Positions 1-8,749 of a DNA stretch of 49,282 nt are shown here, piece by piece; positions within the stretch are counted from its first letter, which is position 1, and the number at the start of each line of letters is the position of its first letter. Location: contig JAADGR010000329.1 in NCBI GenBank assembly GCA_013152225.1, positions 1 through 49,282 on the forward strand, in the 5' to 3' direction. The position numbers and the translations under genes are program-made. Source of the DNA: Calditrichota bacterium. Its GTDB lineage: Bacteria > Zhuqueibacterota > Zhuqueibacteria > Residuimicrobiales > Krinioviventaceae. The notes under the pieces are model-generated. The model made no database searches. It worked only from the letters and a program-made list of their open reading frames with translations, and was not told where the DNA came from.

Positions 1-291
1 TCCGGCGGTCAAGTGCTGATCCATGGGAAAAGAGTCCCTATTGTCAGCGGTTTGTGCATGGATGCTTTTTTCGTCAGGCTCACGGATTTCCCCAGCGTCC
101 GAATTGGCGATACGGCCACGTTGATGGGAATCGACGGCGAAGAGGAAATTTCACCCCACGACATCGCCGGCATTATCGGCTCCGTTTCTTATGAGGTTAT
201 CTCCCGTTTTGGGAAAAGGCTGCCCAGGGTGTATCTGCAAAAAGATCAAATCGTAAAAATTCATAATTACCAGCTAAGGAATTTGAAATGA
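1..291 (+). CDS. alr: alanine racemase, C-terminal fragment (5-prime end lies outside the window)
   Basis: Frame 1 is open from nt 1. The tail ...HGKRVPIVSGLCMDAFFV...GDTATLMG...VSYEVISRFGKRLPRVY fits the C-terminal pattern of alanine racemases (V-x-MD ... YE ... R-x-PR-x-Y). The stop overlaps the pfkA ATG (ATGA at 288-291). Confidence 0.7.
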   Translation, partial: SGGQVLIHGKRVPIVSGLCMDAFFVRLTDFPSVRIGDTATLMGIDGEEEISPHDIAGIIGSVSYEVISRFGKRLPRVYLQKDQIVKIHNYQLRNLK

Positions 292-1406
292 AAAACAATG
301 TAAAACGTATAGGTATTCTCACAGGAGGCGGCGATTGCCCGGGATTAAATGCGGTCATTCGCGCAGCGACAAAAGCGCTGATTCTCGAACATCATGCGCA
401 AGTGTTTGGCTTTGAAGACGGGTTTCAGGGATTAATCGAGCACAGACTTCGGGAACTCAAATACGATGATGTTTCCGGGATTCTGCAGATAGGCGGAACC
501 ATTCTCGGAACGTCCAATAAAGCCAATCCGTTTGAAAACCCCGTTGTGGAAAATGGCAAATTAGTAAAAAAAGACGTTTCCGATGATGTCATAAAATACC
601 TGCAAGACCTCGACATCGGAGCACTGCTGTGCATCGGTGGAGACGGCACCATGACGATTGCCAACCAACTGGCGCAAAAAGGTGTGCAGATTATTGGCGT
701 TCCCAAAACCATCGACAACGATCTCTATGGCACGGACGTGACTTTTGGTTATGATTCTGCCTTGTCGATTGCGGCGGAAGCCCTCGACCGCATTCATACA
801 ACAGCCCAGTCGCATCATCGCGTCATGCTGGTGGAGATTATGGGCAGGACGGCCGGCTGGCTTACTCTGGGCGCAGGATTAGCGTCGGGTGCCGATATTA
901 TTCTCATTCCGGAAATCGATTATGAACTGGACGTGATTTGCGACAAAGTTATTGAAAGAAGTAAAAAGGGGCGCCGCTTCAGCATTGTCGCCGTTGCCGA
1001 AGGAGCAAAGCCAAAGGGCGGCAAACAGGTCATCAACCGGATTGTTAAAGACAGTCCCGAACAAATTCGCCTGGGCGGCATTTCCATTCAACTGGGACAT
1101 CAGATTGAGGATGAGACCGGCCTGGAAACAAGATCTACAGTTCTCGGGCACATTCAACGCGGCGGCTCGCCCACGCCTTTCGACCGTATCTTGGCGACGC
1201 GCTACGGTGTTGCAGCGGCACGACTGGTTGTTGACGGGAATATGAACAGGATGGTCGCTCTTCGTGGAAACGATATTGTTTCCGTACCTTTGGCGGAAAT
1301 CGGTGGCCGGACACGAAGAGTCACTCCTGATGATCCCTTGCTTAAAGTGGCGGAAGCCGTTGGAACGAACATGGGTGTGAAGGGACGGATATCAGAAAAC
1401 GGATGA
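288..1406 (+). CDS. pfkA: 6-phosphofructokinase (PFK-A family; phosphoryl donor not predictable)
   Basis: 372 aa with RIGILTGGGDCPGLNAVIRA, CIGGDGTMT, GVPKTIDNDL, MGRTAGW and LGHIQRGG, which are the canonical PFK-A motifs. Confidence 0.9.
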   Translation: MKNNVKRIGILTGGGDCPGLNAVIRAATKALILEHHAQVFGFEDGFQGLIEHRLRELKYDDVSGILQIGGTILGTSNKANPFENPVVENGKLVKKDVSDDVIKYLQDLDIGALLCIGGDGTMTIANQLAQKGVQIIGVPKTIDNDLYGTDVTFGYDSALSIAAEALDRIHTTAQSHHRVMLVEIMGRTAGWLTLGAGLASGADIILIPEIDYELDVICDKVIERSKKGRRFSIVAVAEGAKPKGGKQVINRIVKDSPEQIRLGGISIQLGHQIEDETGLETRSTVLGHIQRGGSPTPFDRILATRYGVAAARLVVDGNMNRMVALRGNDIVSVPLAEIGGRTRRVTPDDPLLKVAEAVGTNMGVKGRISENG

Positions 1407-1413
1407 CGGATTG

Positions 1414-1439
1414 CTGATTTCGGAAAGTCAGTGGTTTTT
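1414..1439 (+). terminator. weak hairpin plus T-tract downstream of pfkA
   Basis: ctgattt-cgga-aagtcag forms a 7-bp stem with one G-U pair, followed by tggttttt. Confidence 0.35.
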
Positions 1440-1489
1440 GTCGGGATTAAAAATCTGTTATTTTTCATATAAAGAAATAACGCAATTTT

Positions 1490-2965
1490 TCAGTCTTTAT
1501 ACGCTTCCAGTATTTTATCAATGATATTTGTGGTGGACATACCTTCTACGCCGGGCAGAAGCGCAATCTCGCCGCCGTAAGCTTCCACAACATGGCGTTC
1601 CTCCTGGTTTATCGTGTCGATGGTGTAATCGCCTCCTTTGGCGTAAATATCGGGATGAAGTTTTTCGATCAACCGGATGGGCGATTCATCATCAAAAATC
1701 ACGACATAATCAATACAGGTCAATGACGTCAGCAATTTTGCACGCTGGGTTTCTTCAACAATGGGACGCAACGGACCCTTGTATTTGCGCACCGAAGCAT
1801 CGCTGTTTAACCCCACGACCAGAATGTCTCCCAATGCTTTCGCTTTTTCCAGATAAAGGATGTGTCCGACGTGCATAATATCATAGCAGCCGTTCGTCCA
1901 AACCACCCGCTTTTTATCGGCCCTGGCTTTATCGACAACGAGTTTCAGACGATCGAGGGTGAGCAGCTTCTCCGCTGTGATCTCGGCATTCAATCGTTGT
2001 TCAAAGCGCACCAACTCTTGCCGGGAAATTTCTGCCAGCCCCGGTTTTGATACGGCCAGACCGGCGCAAATATTTGCAAACCGGCCGGTGTCTATTGAAG
2101 TCAGACCACCGAGTTTCCCGGCCACAACTGCAGCGAGCACGGCCTCCCCGGCGCCGTTGACATCAAAGACCTCCCGTGCCTTTGTTGGAAGATGGCGTGC
2201 CTGTTTGCCGCGTTCAGCAACAGTGATCCCTTCTGCGCCCCGCGTAAGAAAAACCGTTCCGCATTTTAATTCCGATTGAAGCCTTTCGCCAAGTCCGTCG
2301 ATATCCGCATTCCCGTCTCCGATAGCCTGTGCCGCTTCATTTTCATTTGCCGTGATAGCATCAAATCCTTCAAAGAGCAATGTGTTTCGTTCCGAATCAC
2401 CGATGAGCACAAGCTGATTCTTTTCCGCAATTGATTTTAACCGACCAACGAATTTTTCCGTAATGACATTTTCATTCTTGTCAACCAGAATCATCGCGTC
2501 TGCAAGGTGAGCGACGCTTTTTATTTGGGTTAGAATTGCAGCGATGCTATTCTGATCAAGAGGCAGCGGTTGGGGTGTATTCACTCGAAGCACATCCTGC
2601 TTCGGATAGTGCGCACCGACCACAGTGATTCGCGTTTGGCAATTGGTCGTCAGTTCCTTAACCTGAAGAACGGCATCCGTATCGATATTTTTTTCAGCTA
2701 AAATTCGCAACAGTTCCTGGCCGTTCGAATCACCGCCAACGACACCCGCCAAATGGACTTTAAAGCCCAGGTCACTCAACAACATGGCTGCATAGCCGGC
2801 GGCATTGGGGATAAATGTTCGTTCATAACTGTTCACAATCGGGATCGGCCCCTCCGCAGAAACGGCTTCCATTTTCCCGTGAATATATTCGTCAAGATAA
2901 ATATCGCCAACAACAATGACATGCTTGCCGGTGATATTTTTGAACAAGTTTTGCAGACTGGACAT
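1490..2965 (-). CDS. hldE: bifunctional D-beta-D-heptose 7-phosphate kinase / D-beta-D-heptose 1-phosphate adenylyltransferase
   Basis: 491 aa. The N-terminal part is a ribokinase-like sugar kinase (VIVVGDIYLDEY, DVNGAGEA). The C-terminal part is a cytidylyltransferase-like domain (VWTNGCYDIMHVGHILYLEKAK). This two-domain layout is typical of HldE/RfaE. Confidence 0.9.
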   Translation of the reverse strand: MSSLQNLFKNITGKHVIVVGDIYLDEYIHGKMEAVSAEGPIPIVNSYERTFIPNAAGYAAMLLSDLGFKVHLAGVVGGDSNGQELLRILAEKNIDTDAVLQVKELTTNCQTRITVVGAHYPKQDVLRVNTPQPLPLDQNSIAAILTQIKSVAHLADAMILVDKNENVITEKFVGRLKSIAEKNQLVLIGDSERNTLLFEGFDAITANENEAAQAIGDGNADIDGLGERLQSELKCGTVFLTRGAEGITVAERGKQARHLPTKAREVFDVNGAGEAVLAAVVAGKLGGLTSIDTGRFANICAGLAVSKPGLAEISRQELVRFEQRLNAEITAEKLLTLDRLKLVVDKARADKKRVVWTNGCYDIMHVGHILYLEKAKALGDILVVGLNSDASVRKYKGPLRPIVEETQRAKLLTSLTCIDYVVIFDDESPIRLIEKLHPDIYAKGGDYTIDTINQEERHVVEAYGGEIALLPGVEGMSTTNIIDKILEAYKD

Positions 2966-3376
2966 ACTTTTATTAGCGCCTTAATATTTTATTGTAATTT
3001 ATCAATTTATGATGTCTATTTTGAAAACACAATTTTTTCCCCCGGCTTGCACAGGTCTAATGATAATAAATGATATCCAGAATATGATTATGCAAATAAC
3101 TCAGCTAAACATCTTTTCGGCAAGGAATGCGGCCCTTTATGCACCGCATTGTGCAATCCATAAAGGGATTGCACTCCGATGATTATCGTAATCTTACAAT
3201 AGTTGAAACATCTGCATAATCAAATTCCCATCTTCTGCTTGTCATGCAATAAATTTTAAAATTCCCGGAAAAATATAGCAAAACACATCATAGAATGCAA
3301 CAATTTTTCAGGAGGCATCGTAAAAGCTCACTTACGGGTGGTTGTGAAAATTGTGCGGATATAGGGGCTAACCTTT

Positions 3377-3449
3377 GTCATTGCGAGCGAAGCGAAGCAA
3401 TCTGAATGTTTGCTAAGGGGTTGTTCGTCGCTCCGCTCCTCGCGATGAC
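3377..3449. repeat. REP/MITE-like palindromic intergenic element (copy 1)
   Basis: GTCATTGCGAGCGAAGCGAAGCAATC (3377-3402) faces an inverted arm cgctccgctcctcgcgatgac (ending at 3449). The blocks GTCATTGCGAGCGAA and GCGAAGCAATC recur in reverse orientation at 32272-32308. Confidence 0.6.
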
Positions 3450-3625
3450 ATGCTTTTCGACTTGTCGAATTTGTCTTTTATCCATTGGATAATAAATTAC
3501 TGTTTGTGTAAAATCAACAAATTTCTTACATTAACAACCACGATCTACGGGTGCAAAATTCTTCCTGAAATTTTCAGATAATTAGATCACAAATTCCGGC
3601 AATATTCAAGTTAATGGAGAATAAT

Positions 3626-4582
3626 ATGAAATACCTGGTAACAGGCGGAGCTGGTTTTATTGGTTCAAATTTGGCTGAAAAGCTTTTAATGCAAGATGAC
3701 CAGGTTGTCATCCTGGACAATTTCGCAACGGGATTACGGCAGAATGTCCAAGAACTCGTGTCGCTGAAAAAAGACCTTCAGGTTATTGAAGGCGATCTCC
3801 GCGACCTCGAAACATGCAAAAGAGCATGCAAAGGCGTTGATTATGTTCTCCATCAGGGTGCGCTGGGATCGGTGCCGCGCTCGATCGAACACCCGGATGC
3901 AACAAATGAAAATAATGTCAACGGCACTTTGAACATTTTTCTGGCAGCACGAGATGCCGGCGTAAAACGCCTTGTTTTTGCCTCTTCATCGTCGGTTTAT
4001 GGGAATTCAGCCACGCTGCCAAAAGTCGAAACCATGATCCCGAATCCAATTTCGCCTTATGCAGCTTCAAAATATTTTACTGAAATTTACGCACGAATCT
4101 TCAGCGACCTGTATAAAATAGAAATCATTGGCCTGCGATATTTTAATGTTTTCGGAAGACGCCAGGATCCGAATTCCACTTATGCAGCGGTTATACCCAT
4201 TTTTGTAAAAAAACTCATGTCCGACCAGATCCCTGAAATCCACGGTGACGGCATGCAAAGCCGCGACTTTAGCTATGTTGATAATGTCATTGAAGCGAAT
4301 CTTTTGGCTTGTATTGCGCCACAAGCTGCTTGCGGTCAGGTTTTCAACATTGCCTGTGGGGCCAGAATAACCCTCAACGACCTGTACAAAAAGCTTGCTC
4401 AGCTTTTGGGGAAAAATATTGAACCGCGATACGTGGCTCCCCGACCCGGGGACGTCAAGCATTCGCTGGCGGATATTTCAAAAGCCAAATCCCTGCTTGG
4501 CTATTCTCCGAAATATGATGTCTTTGCCGGCCTTGAACGAGCAATCGGCTGGTACAAAAAAAATGCTCCAACCTGGCTATAA
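3626..4582 (+). CDS. NAD-dependent nucleotide-sugar 4-epimerase/dehydratase (extended SDR; WbpP/UDP-GlcA or UDP-GlcNAc 4-epimerase-like)
   Basis: MKYLVTGGAGFIGSNL Rossmann motif, SSSSVYG, and the YAASK catalytic YxxxK. The ORF opens at 3614, but GGAGA at 3617-3621 favours the ATG at 3626. Confidence 0.85.
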   Translation: MKYLVTGGAGFIGSNLAEKLLMQDDQVVILDNFATGLRQNVQELVSLKKDLQVIEGDLRDLETCKRACKGVDYVLHQGALGSVPRSIEHPDATNENNVNGTLNIFLAARDAGVKRLVFASSSSVYGNSATLPKVETMIPNPISPYAASKYFTEIYARIFSDLYKIEIIGLRYFNVFGRRQDPNSTYAAVIPIFVKKLMSDQIPEIHGDGMQSRDFSYVDNVIEANLLACIAPQAACGQVFNIACGARITLNDLYKKLAQLLGKNIEPRYVAPRPGDVKHSLADISKAKSLLGYSPKYDVFAGLERAIGWYKKNAPTWL

Positions 4583-4596
4583 TGAGAGATTGAACG

Positions 4597-6510
4597 ATGT
4601 GTGAACAAAGTATTATTTCCATCATTCTCGCAGCGGGAAAAGGCACAAGAATGAATATGCCGGATATGCACAAAGTTTGCACTGTTCTTGACGGAAAAAC
4701 GGTTCTTGAAAGAGCGGTCGAAACCTATGCGGCATGCGGCGTTAATCGTCATTTGCTGGTCGTGGGGCAAATGGCAGAGCAGGTTATGCAAACTGCGTCC
4801 TCCTTGCGAAGCAATATTTTGTACTGTTACCAGGCGTCCCAGCGGGGAACGGGACATGCAACAAAAATCGCTGCAAACCTGCTGGCCTCACTCAACTATA
4901 CCGGTGACGTACTTGTCGTGGCCGGGGATAAAATAATTGATAAAACCTTTTTGCAGGAATTTATTGGACAGTTTTATGCCCGGGATTGTGATCTGCTGCT
5001 GGCAACCGGAAAGGCAAATCATTATCCTGCTTCAGGCAGGATTGTCCGTTCCCCATCCGGCTCTCCACTCGGCATCGTTGAGGTTTTCGATATTGCCAAA
5101 GTAAAAATATTGAATATTTTAAAAACCCGCACAAGACTGAATGAAATATCCGCAGAAGAAATAAAACAAATCGTACTTGAGGAACTTCAGGACGATAAAA
5201 AGGCCGCCCTCGCATTAGGTGATCTTTGGAAAATTATCCAGGCCGGTAAACCGATAAATGATTATTTGCTTAAAAAATATTTTACAGCCCGCGACTTTAC
5301 ATACCAGATAAATAGCATCGAAATTCCGCTGGCTCAACTGGAAAATGCCAGTAGCGCCAACCTTTCCGTATATCTGTTCAAAGCCGGTGCTCTTTTTTAC
5401 GCCGTCAACCAAATTGGGTCGGATAATGCACAGAATGAGGAATATTTGACAGATGTTGTAAAAACCCTGGCGCGCGGTGATGCAAAAACGGAGACAATGG
5501 AAGTAAAGTCGCCTGAGCAGATCATGGCCTTTAATACACCCGAGGAACTGAAAAATATAAAGCATGCATTAAAAGAAAAGCGAATAAAAGTTGAGGAACA
5601 TCAACCCGGCGGCCGTCGACCCAGTGAGTGGTTAGCTGCCTTAAAATCGGCAAATGCTCAAGTGCAGCACGGCTTTGCATCGCTTTACGGACAAGAGTCG
5701 GAACTGATAGAAGAAAAGAAAAAGCGTCTCATCGAAATGCTGGATAAATATCTGGCAGACTTTGGTGATGATCCGGTCATTATTTCACGAGCCCCGGGAC
5801 GGTTAAACATTATGGGGCGACATATCGATCACCAGGGTGGCTATGGGAATATGATCGCACTGGAAAAAGACGTTTACGCCGCGATTGGCCGGCGTAAGGA
5901 TGACCGCAACGTCATTATGAGAAATATACAATCGGATCGTTTTCCTGATCGTGAATTTTCGATTGACAGTATCCTTAATCCCCTTGCGACAAAGGATTGG
6001 TTCCAATTTGTCAATTCTGATTTTGTAATGGATACGATCCGTAAAATGAAAGGAGACTGGAGTAACTACGCCAAAGCGGCAATTGCGAGGTTTCAGGCTT
6101 TGTTTCCCAACCGACCATTTCAGGGAATGAATATTGTGCTTTCAGGAGATATTCCCATTGCAGCAGGTCTGAGTTCATCTTCTGCGCTTTTTGTCTCCAT
6201 TGCCGAGGGTGTTGTCGAATTAAATCAACTCAATATTGCTTCCCAACAATTTGTTGAATTATGCGGTGAAGGCGAATGGTACGTGGGAACACGCGGCGGC
6301 GCCGGTGATCATGCCGCAATGAAACTTGCCCAAAAAGGCCAACTCGTGCAACTTGGTTTTTTTCCTCTTCTTTTGGCAAAAAAGTGGGGTTTCCCAAAGA
6401 TCATCTGCTTGTTGTTTGCAATTCTCACCTCAAAGCGAAAAAAACGGATGGCGCAGGAGATGTTTTTAATCAACGCGTTGCATGCTATCATATTGGCAAA
6501 GAGCTTTTAA
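4597..6510 (+). CDS. GlmU-like sugar-1-phosphate nucleotidylyltransferase fused to the N-terminal half of a GHMP sugar kinase; the frame breaks near 6357-6384 and the last ~45 codons are probably out-of-frame read-through
   Basis: The N-terminus has IILAAGKGTRM, QRGTGHA and VVAGDK (nucleotidyltransferase motifs). The middle has APGRLNIMGRHIDHQGGY (galactokinase-type signature) and PIAAGLSSSSALFVS (GHMP motif 2). After GGAGDHAAMKLAQKGQLVQLGFF the translation becomes low-complexity. Confidence 0.75.
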   Translation: MCEQSIISIILAAGKGTRMNMPDMHKVCTVLDGKTVLERAVETYAACGVNRHLLVVGQMAEQVMQTASSLRSNILYCYQASQRGTGHATKIAANLLASLNYTGDVLVVAGDKIIDKTFLQEFIGQFYARDCDLLLATGKANHYPASGRIVRSPSGSPLGIVEVFDIAKVKILNILKTRTRLNEISAEEIKQIVLEELQDDKKAALALGDLWKIIQAGKPINDYLLKKYFTARDFTYQINSIEIPLAQLENASSANLSVYLFKAGALFYAVNQIGSDNAQNEEYLTDVVKTLARGDAKTETMEVKSPEQIMAFNTPEELKNIKHALKEKRIKVEEHQPGGRRPSEWLAALKSANAQVQHGFASLYGQESELIEEKKKRLIEMLDKYLADFGDDPVIISRAPGRLNIMGRHIDHQGGYGNMIALEKDVYAAIGRRKDDRNVIMRNIQSDRFPDREFSIDSILNPLATKDWFQFVNSDFVMDTIRKMKGDWSNYAKAAIARFQALFPNRPFQGMNIVLSGDIPIAAGLSSSSALFVSIAEGVVELNQLNIASQQFVELCGEGEWYVGTRGGAGDHAAMKLAQKGQLVQLGFFPLLLAKKWGFPKIICLLFAILTSKRKKRMAQEMFLINALHAIILAKSF

Positions 6511-7202
6511 AACAATCTTTTCCCGACTTGGCAGCGGATATCGAACATCTGCGTGATCTTAGTCCGGCGCATCTGGGTTTGCAATATCCTGAATTGTTTG
6601 AGATGTTGAAAATACTGCCCGAGACTATGTCACGCCAGGAAGTGATCCACAGACTCGGCAAGGAGAAAGCAAATGCTTTGCTGCAATCATTTCCCACGAC
6701 TTTGAATCAATATCCCATCCGGAAGGTGGTTATTTACGGATTGGCAGAATACGAAAGAAGCCGCTATTGCACCTCTCTTTTGGAGCGTGGCAGCATAGAT
6801 GACTTTGGCCGCTGGATGAACATATCTCACGACGGCGACCGCGTCATCAGTGCGGATGGCCAGCCATTTTATCTCGACTACTCGGATAAAGCCATGGACA
6901 AATTAATCAAACTCGCACAGCAAAACCCCCATTTTAGCAACATGGCCAAACTTCCGGGAGGGTACGGTTGCAGCATTCCTGAAATCGACAAGATGGTAGA
7001 CATTGCGCTTTCCGTGGAAGGAATAAAAGGAGCACAGCTTTCAGGCGCAGGACTCGGCGGCTGCATGATGGCACTGGTTCACAAAAATTCGTATGAAAAT
7101 CTCAAGGCAAAAATGATTCGGGATTACTATGAACCATCTTCTCTCGAACCCGATATGTTTATCTGCAGGCCCGTTGCCGGAAGCGGGCTGATTTCTTTTT
7201 GA
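6384..7202 (+). CDS. C-terminal half of the same GHMP sugar kinase, in the -1 frame relative to 4597..6510
   Basis: FPKDHLLVVCNSHLKAKKT matches the conserved h-h-h-x-N-S strand that follows the GG-x-D-x block in GHMP sugar kinases, and GAQLSGAGLGGCMMALV is GHMP motif 3. This frame is open from 6309. A bare GTG start at 6384 has no independent support. Confidence 0.7.
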   Translation: MGFPKDHLLVVCNSHLKAKKTDGAGDVFNQRVACYHIGKELLKQSFPDLAADIEHLRDLSPAHLGLQYPELFEMLKILPETMSRQEVIHRLGKEKANALLQSFPTTLNQYPIRKVVIYGLAEYERSRYCTSLLERGSIDDFGRWMNISHDGDRVISADGQPFYLDYSDKAMDKLIKLAQQNPHFSNMAKLPGGYGCSIPEIDKMVDIALSVEGIKGAQLSGAGLGGCMMALVHKNSYENLKAKMIRDYYEPSSLEPDMFICRPVAGSGLISF

Positions 7203-7211
7203 TTTACTGCG

Positions 7212-7302
7212 ATAATGATTGCTCCTTTAGTTCAGAAAAAAACTTTTATATCTGAGAGTAATTCGTAAGATGCGTTTGCTGAACTAACAGAGTAATCATT
7301 GT
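7212..7302. repeat. long imperfect inverted repeat between the kinase gene and tilS
   Basis: ATAATGATTGCTCCTTTAGTTCAG (7212-7235) pairs with the reverse complement of CTGAACTAACAGAGTAATCATTGT (7279-7302). 20 of 24 positions pair, with a 43-nt loop. Confidence 0.5.
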
Positions 7303-7357
7303 TTCAATTTGACAGACGCGAAACACCAGAAGCATTTTCATTGAATAATGCAGGGCA

Positions 7358-8749
7358 ATGAGCTTGAACTTACAGGAAGCTTTCCTAAAATATAATCAGA
7401 AACACAAACTATTTTCCGCCGGGGAAAAGATACTCATTGCCGTCTCAGGGGGAATCGATTCCGTTGTTTTGCTGCATTTGTTTCTGCAAATCCGGCAAGA
7501 ATGGACTCTGCAACCGGCTGTCGCACATTTTAACCACCGCCTTCGCGGAGAGGAATCGAATGAAGACGAGATTTTTGTCGGAAACCTTTGTGAAAAAAAT
7601 AATATTTTATTTTTTACCGGCAGCGAGGATGTTGGTGCTTATTCAAAAAGAAAAAAAGTAAGTATCGAGATGGGAGCACGGGAATGCCGCTATGATTTTT
7701 TCGCCCATGTTGCACAGGAACATAAATTCGATCACATTGCGCTGGGGCACAACGCCAATGACCAGGGGGAAACGATCCTCAGCCACATCATTCGTGGCAG
7801 CGGCGTACGAGGTTTGAGCGGCATATCTCCGTCCCGGGACGTTTATATCCGCCCCCTCCTTTTCGCCACGAGGAAAGAAATTAACAACTATGCTCAGCAA
7901 CAAAATCTTTCCTTCCGCGAAGACTCTACCAATGCGGACATTTCGTACCAGCGCAATCGTATCCGTCACATCTTAATCCCTGCCCTGGCAAGAAATTTCA
8001 ATCCCAATATTGTAAAAACGCTCGTTCGATTGGGAGAAAACATGACGGAAATCGACGAATATTTTCAGCGACAGGGAGAGGATGCTTATCTTCGATGTTT
8101 AAAGTATCGTGATAATCACAAAATTGTGCTTGATATTATCAAGTTTTTGGCGTACTTTAGGGTTTTGCAAAAATACATTTTAGAGTTCGTGCTCATCGAC
8201 TTGAAAAAAGACTTTAGGATACTCGATTACAAAACCTTTGAACGAATCAAAACATTAATCAATAAAAAACAGAACAAATCCTTAGAAATATCATCTGATC
8301 TATGGATGGTAATTTCCGGCGACGAACTTTTCATCGGCCAACTGGAAAAACAGCAGGAAGAAATTTTCATTCAGGATATTCCCGGCCAATATCAACTTTG
8401 GAACAACCTTGTTTTTGAAATAAAAAGAGTTGCCAAACCGTTAAAGCAAGTGCTCAAGATGTCCGACAGCAACATCGAATGGATCGATGAAAAATGTATC
8501 GAGTTGCCACTAAAGATCAGAACATATCATCACGGCGACCGATTTCAGCCGCTTAATCTGGGCGGAAGCAAAAAGTTGTCGGACTTTTTTATCGACGAAA
8601 AAATTGCTGTCTATATGCGAAACAGCATCCCTATTCTTGAAAGCAAAGACCGGATCGTTTGGGTATGCGGGCATCGCCTTGATGAACGGTTTAAAATTAC
8701 GGAAAAGACATCAAGCGTGCTAAAACTTGAGTTGAGAAAAAAATATTGA
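7358..8749 (+). CDS. tilS: tRNA(Ile)-lysidine synthetase
   Basis: 463 aa with the PP-loop ILIAVSGGIDSVVL. It sits at the head of the conserved tilS-hpt-ftsH order. Confidence 0.9.
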   Translation: MSLNLQEAFLKYNQKHKLFSAGEKILIAVSGGIDSVVLLHLFLQIRQEWTLQPAVAHFNHRLRGEESNEDEIFVGNLCEKNNILFFTGSEDVGAYSKRKKVSIEMGARECRYDFFAHVAQEHKFDHIALGHNANDQGETILSHIIRGSGVRGLSGISPSRDVYIRPLLFATRKEINNYAQQQNLSFREDSTNADISYQRNRIRHILIPALARNFNPNIVKTLVRLGENMTEIDEYFQRQGEDAYLRCLKYRDNHKIVLDIIKFLAYFRVLQKYILEFVLIDLKKDFRILDYKTFERIKTLINKKQNKSLEISSDLWMVISGDELFIGQLEKQQEEIFIQDIPGQYQLWNNLVFEIKRVAKPLKQVLKMSDSNIEWIDEKCIELPLKIRTYHHGDRFQPLNLGGSKKLSDFFIDEKIAVYMRNSIPILESKDRIVWVCGHRLDERFKITEKTSSVLKLELRKKY

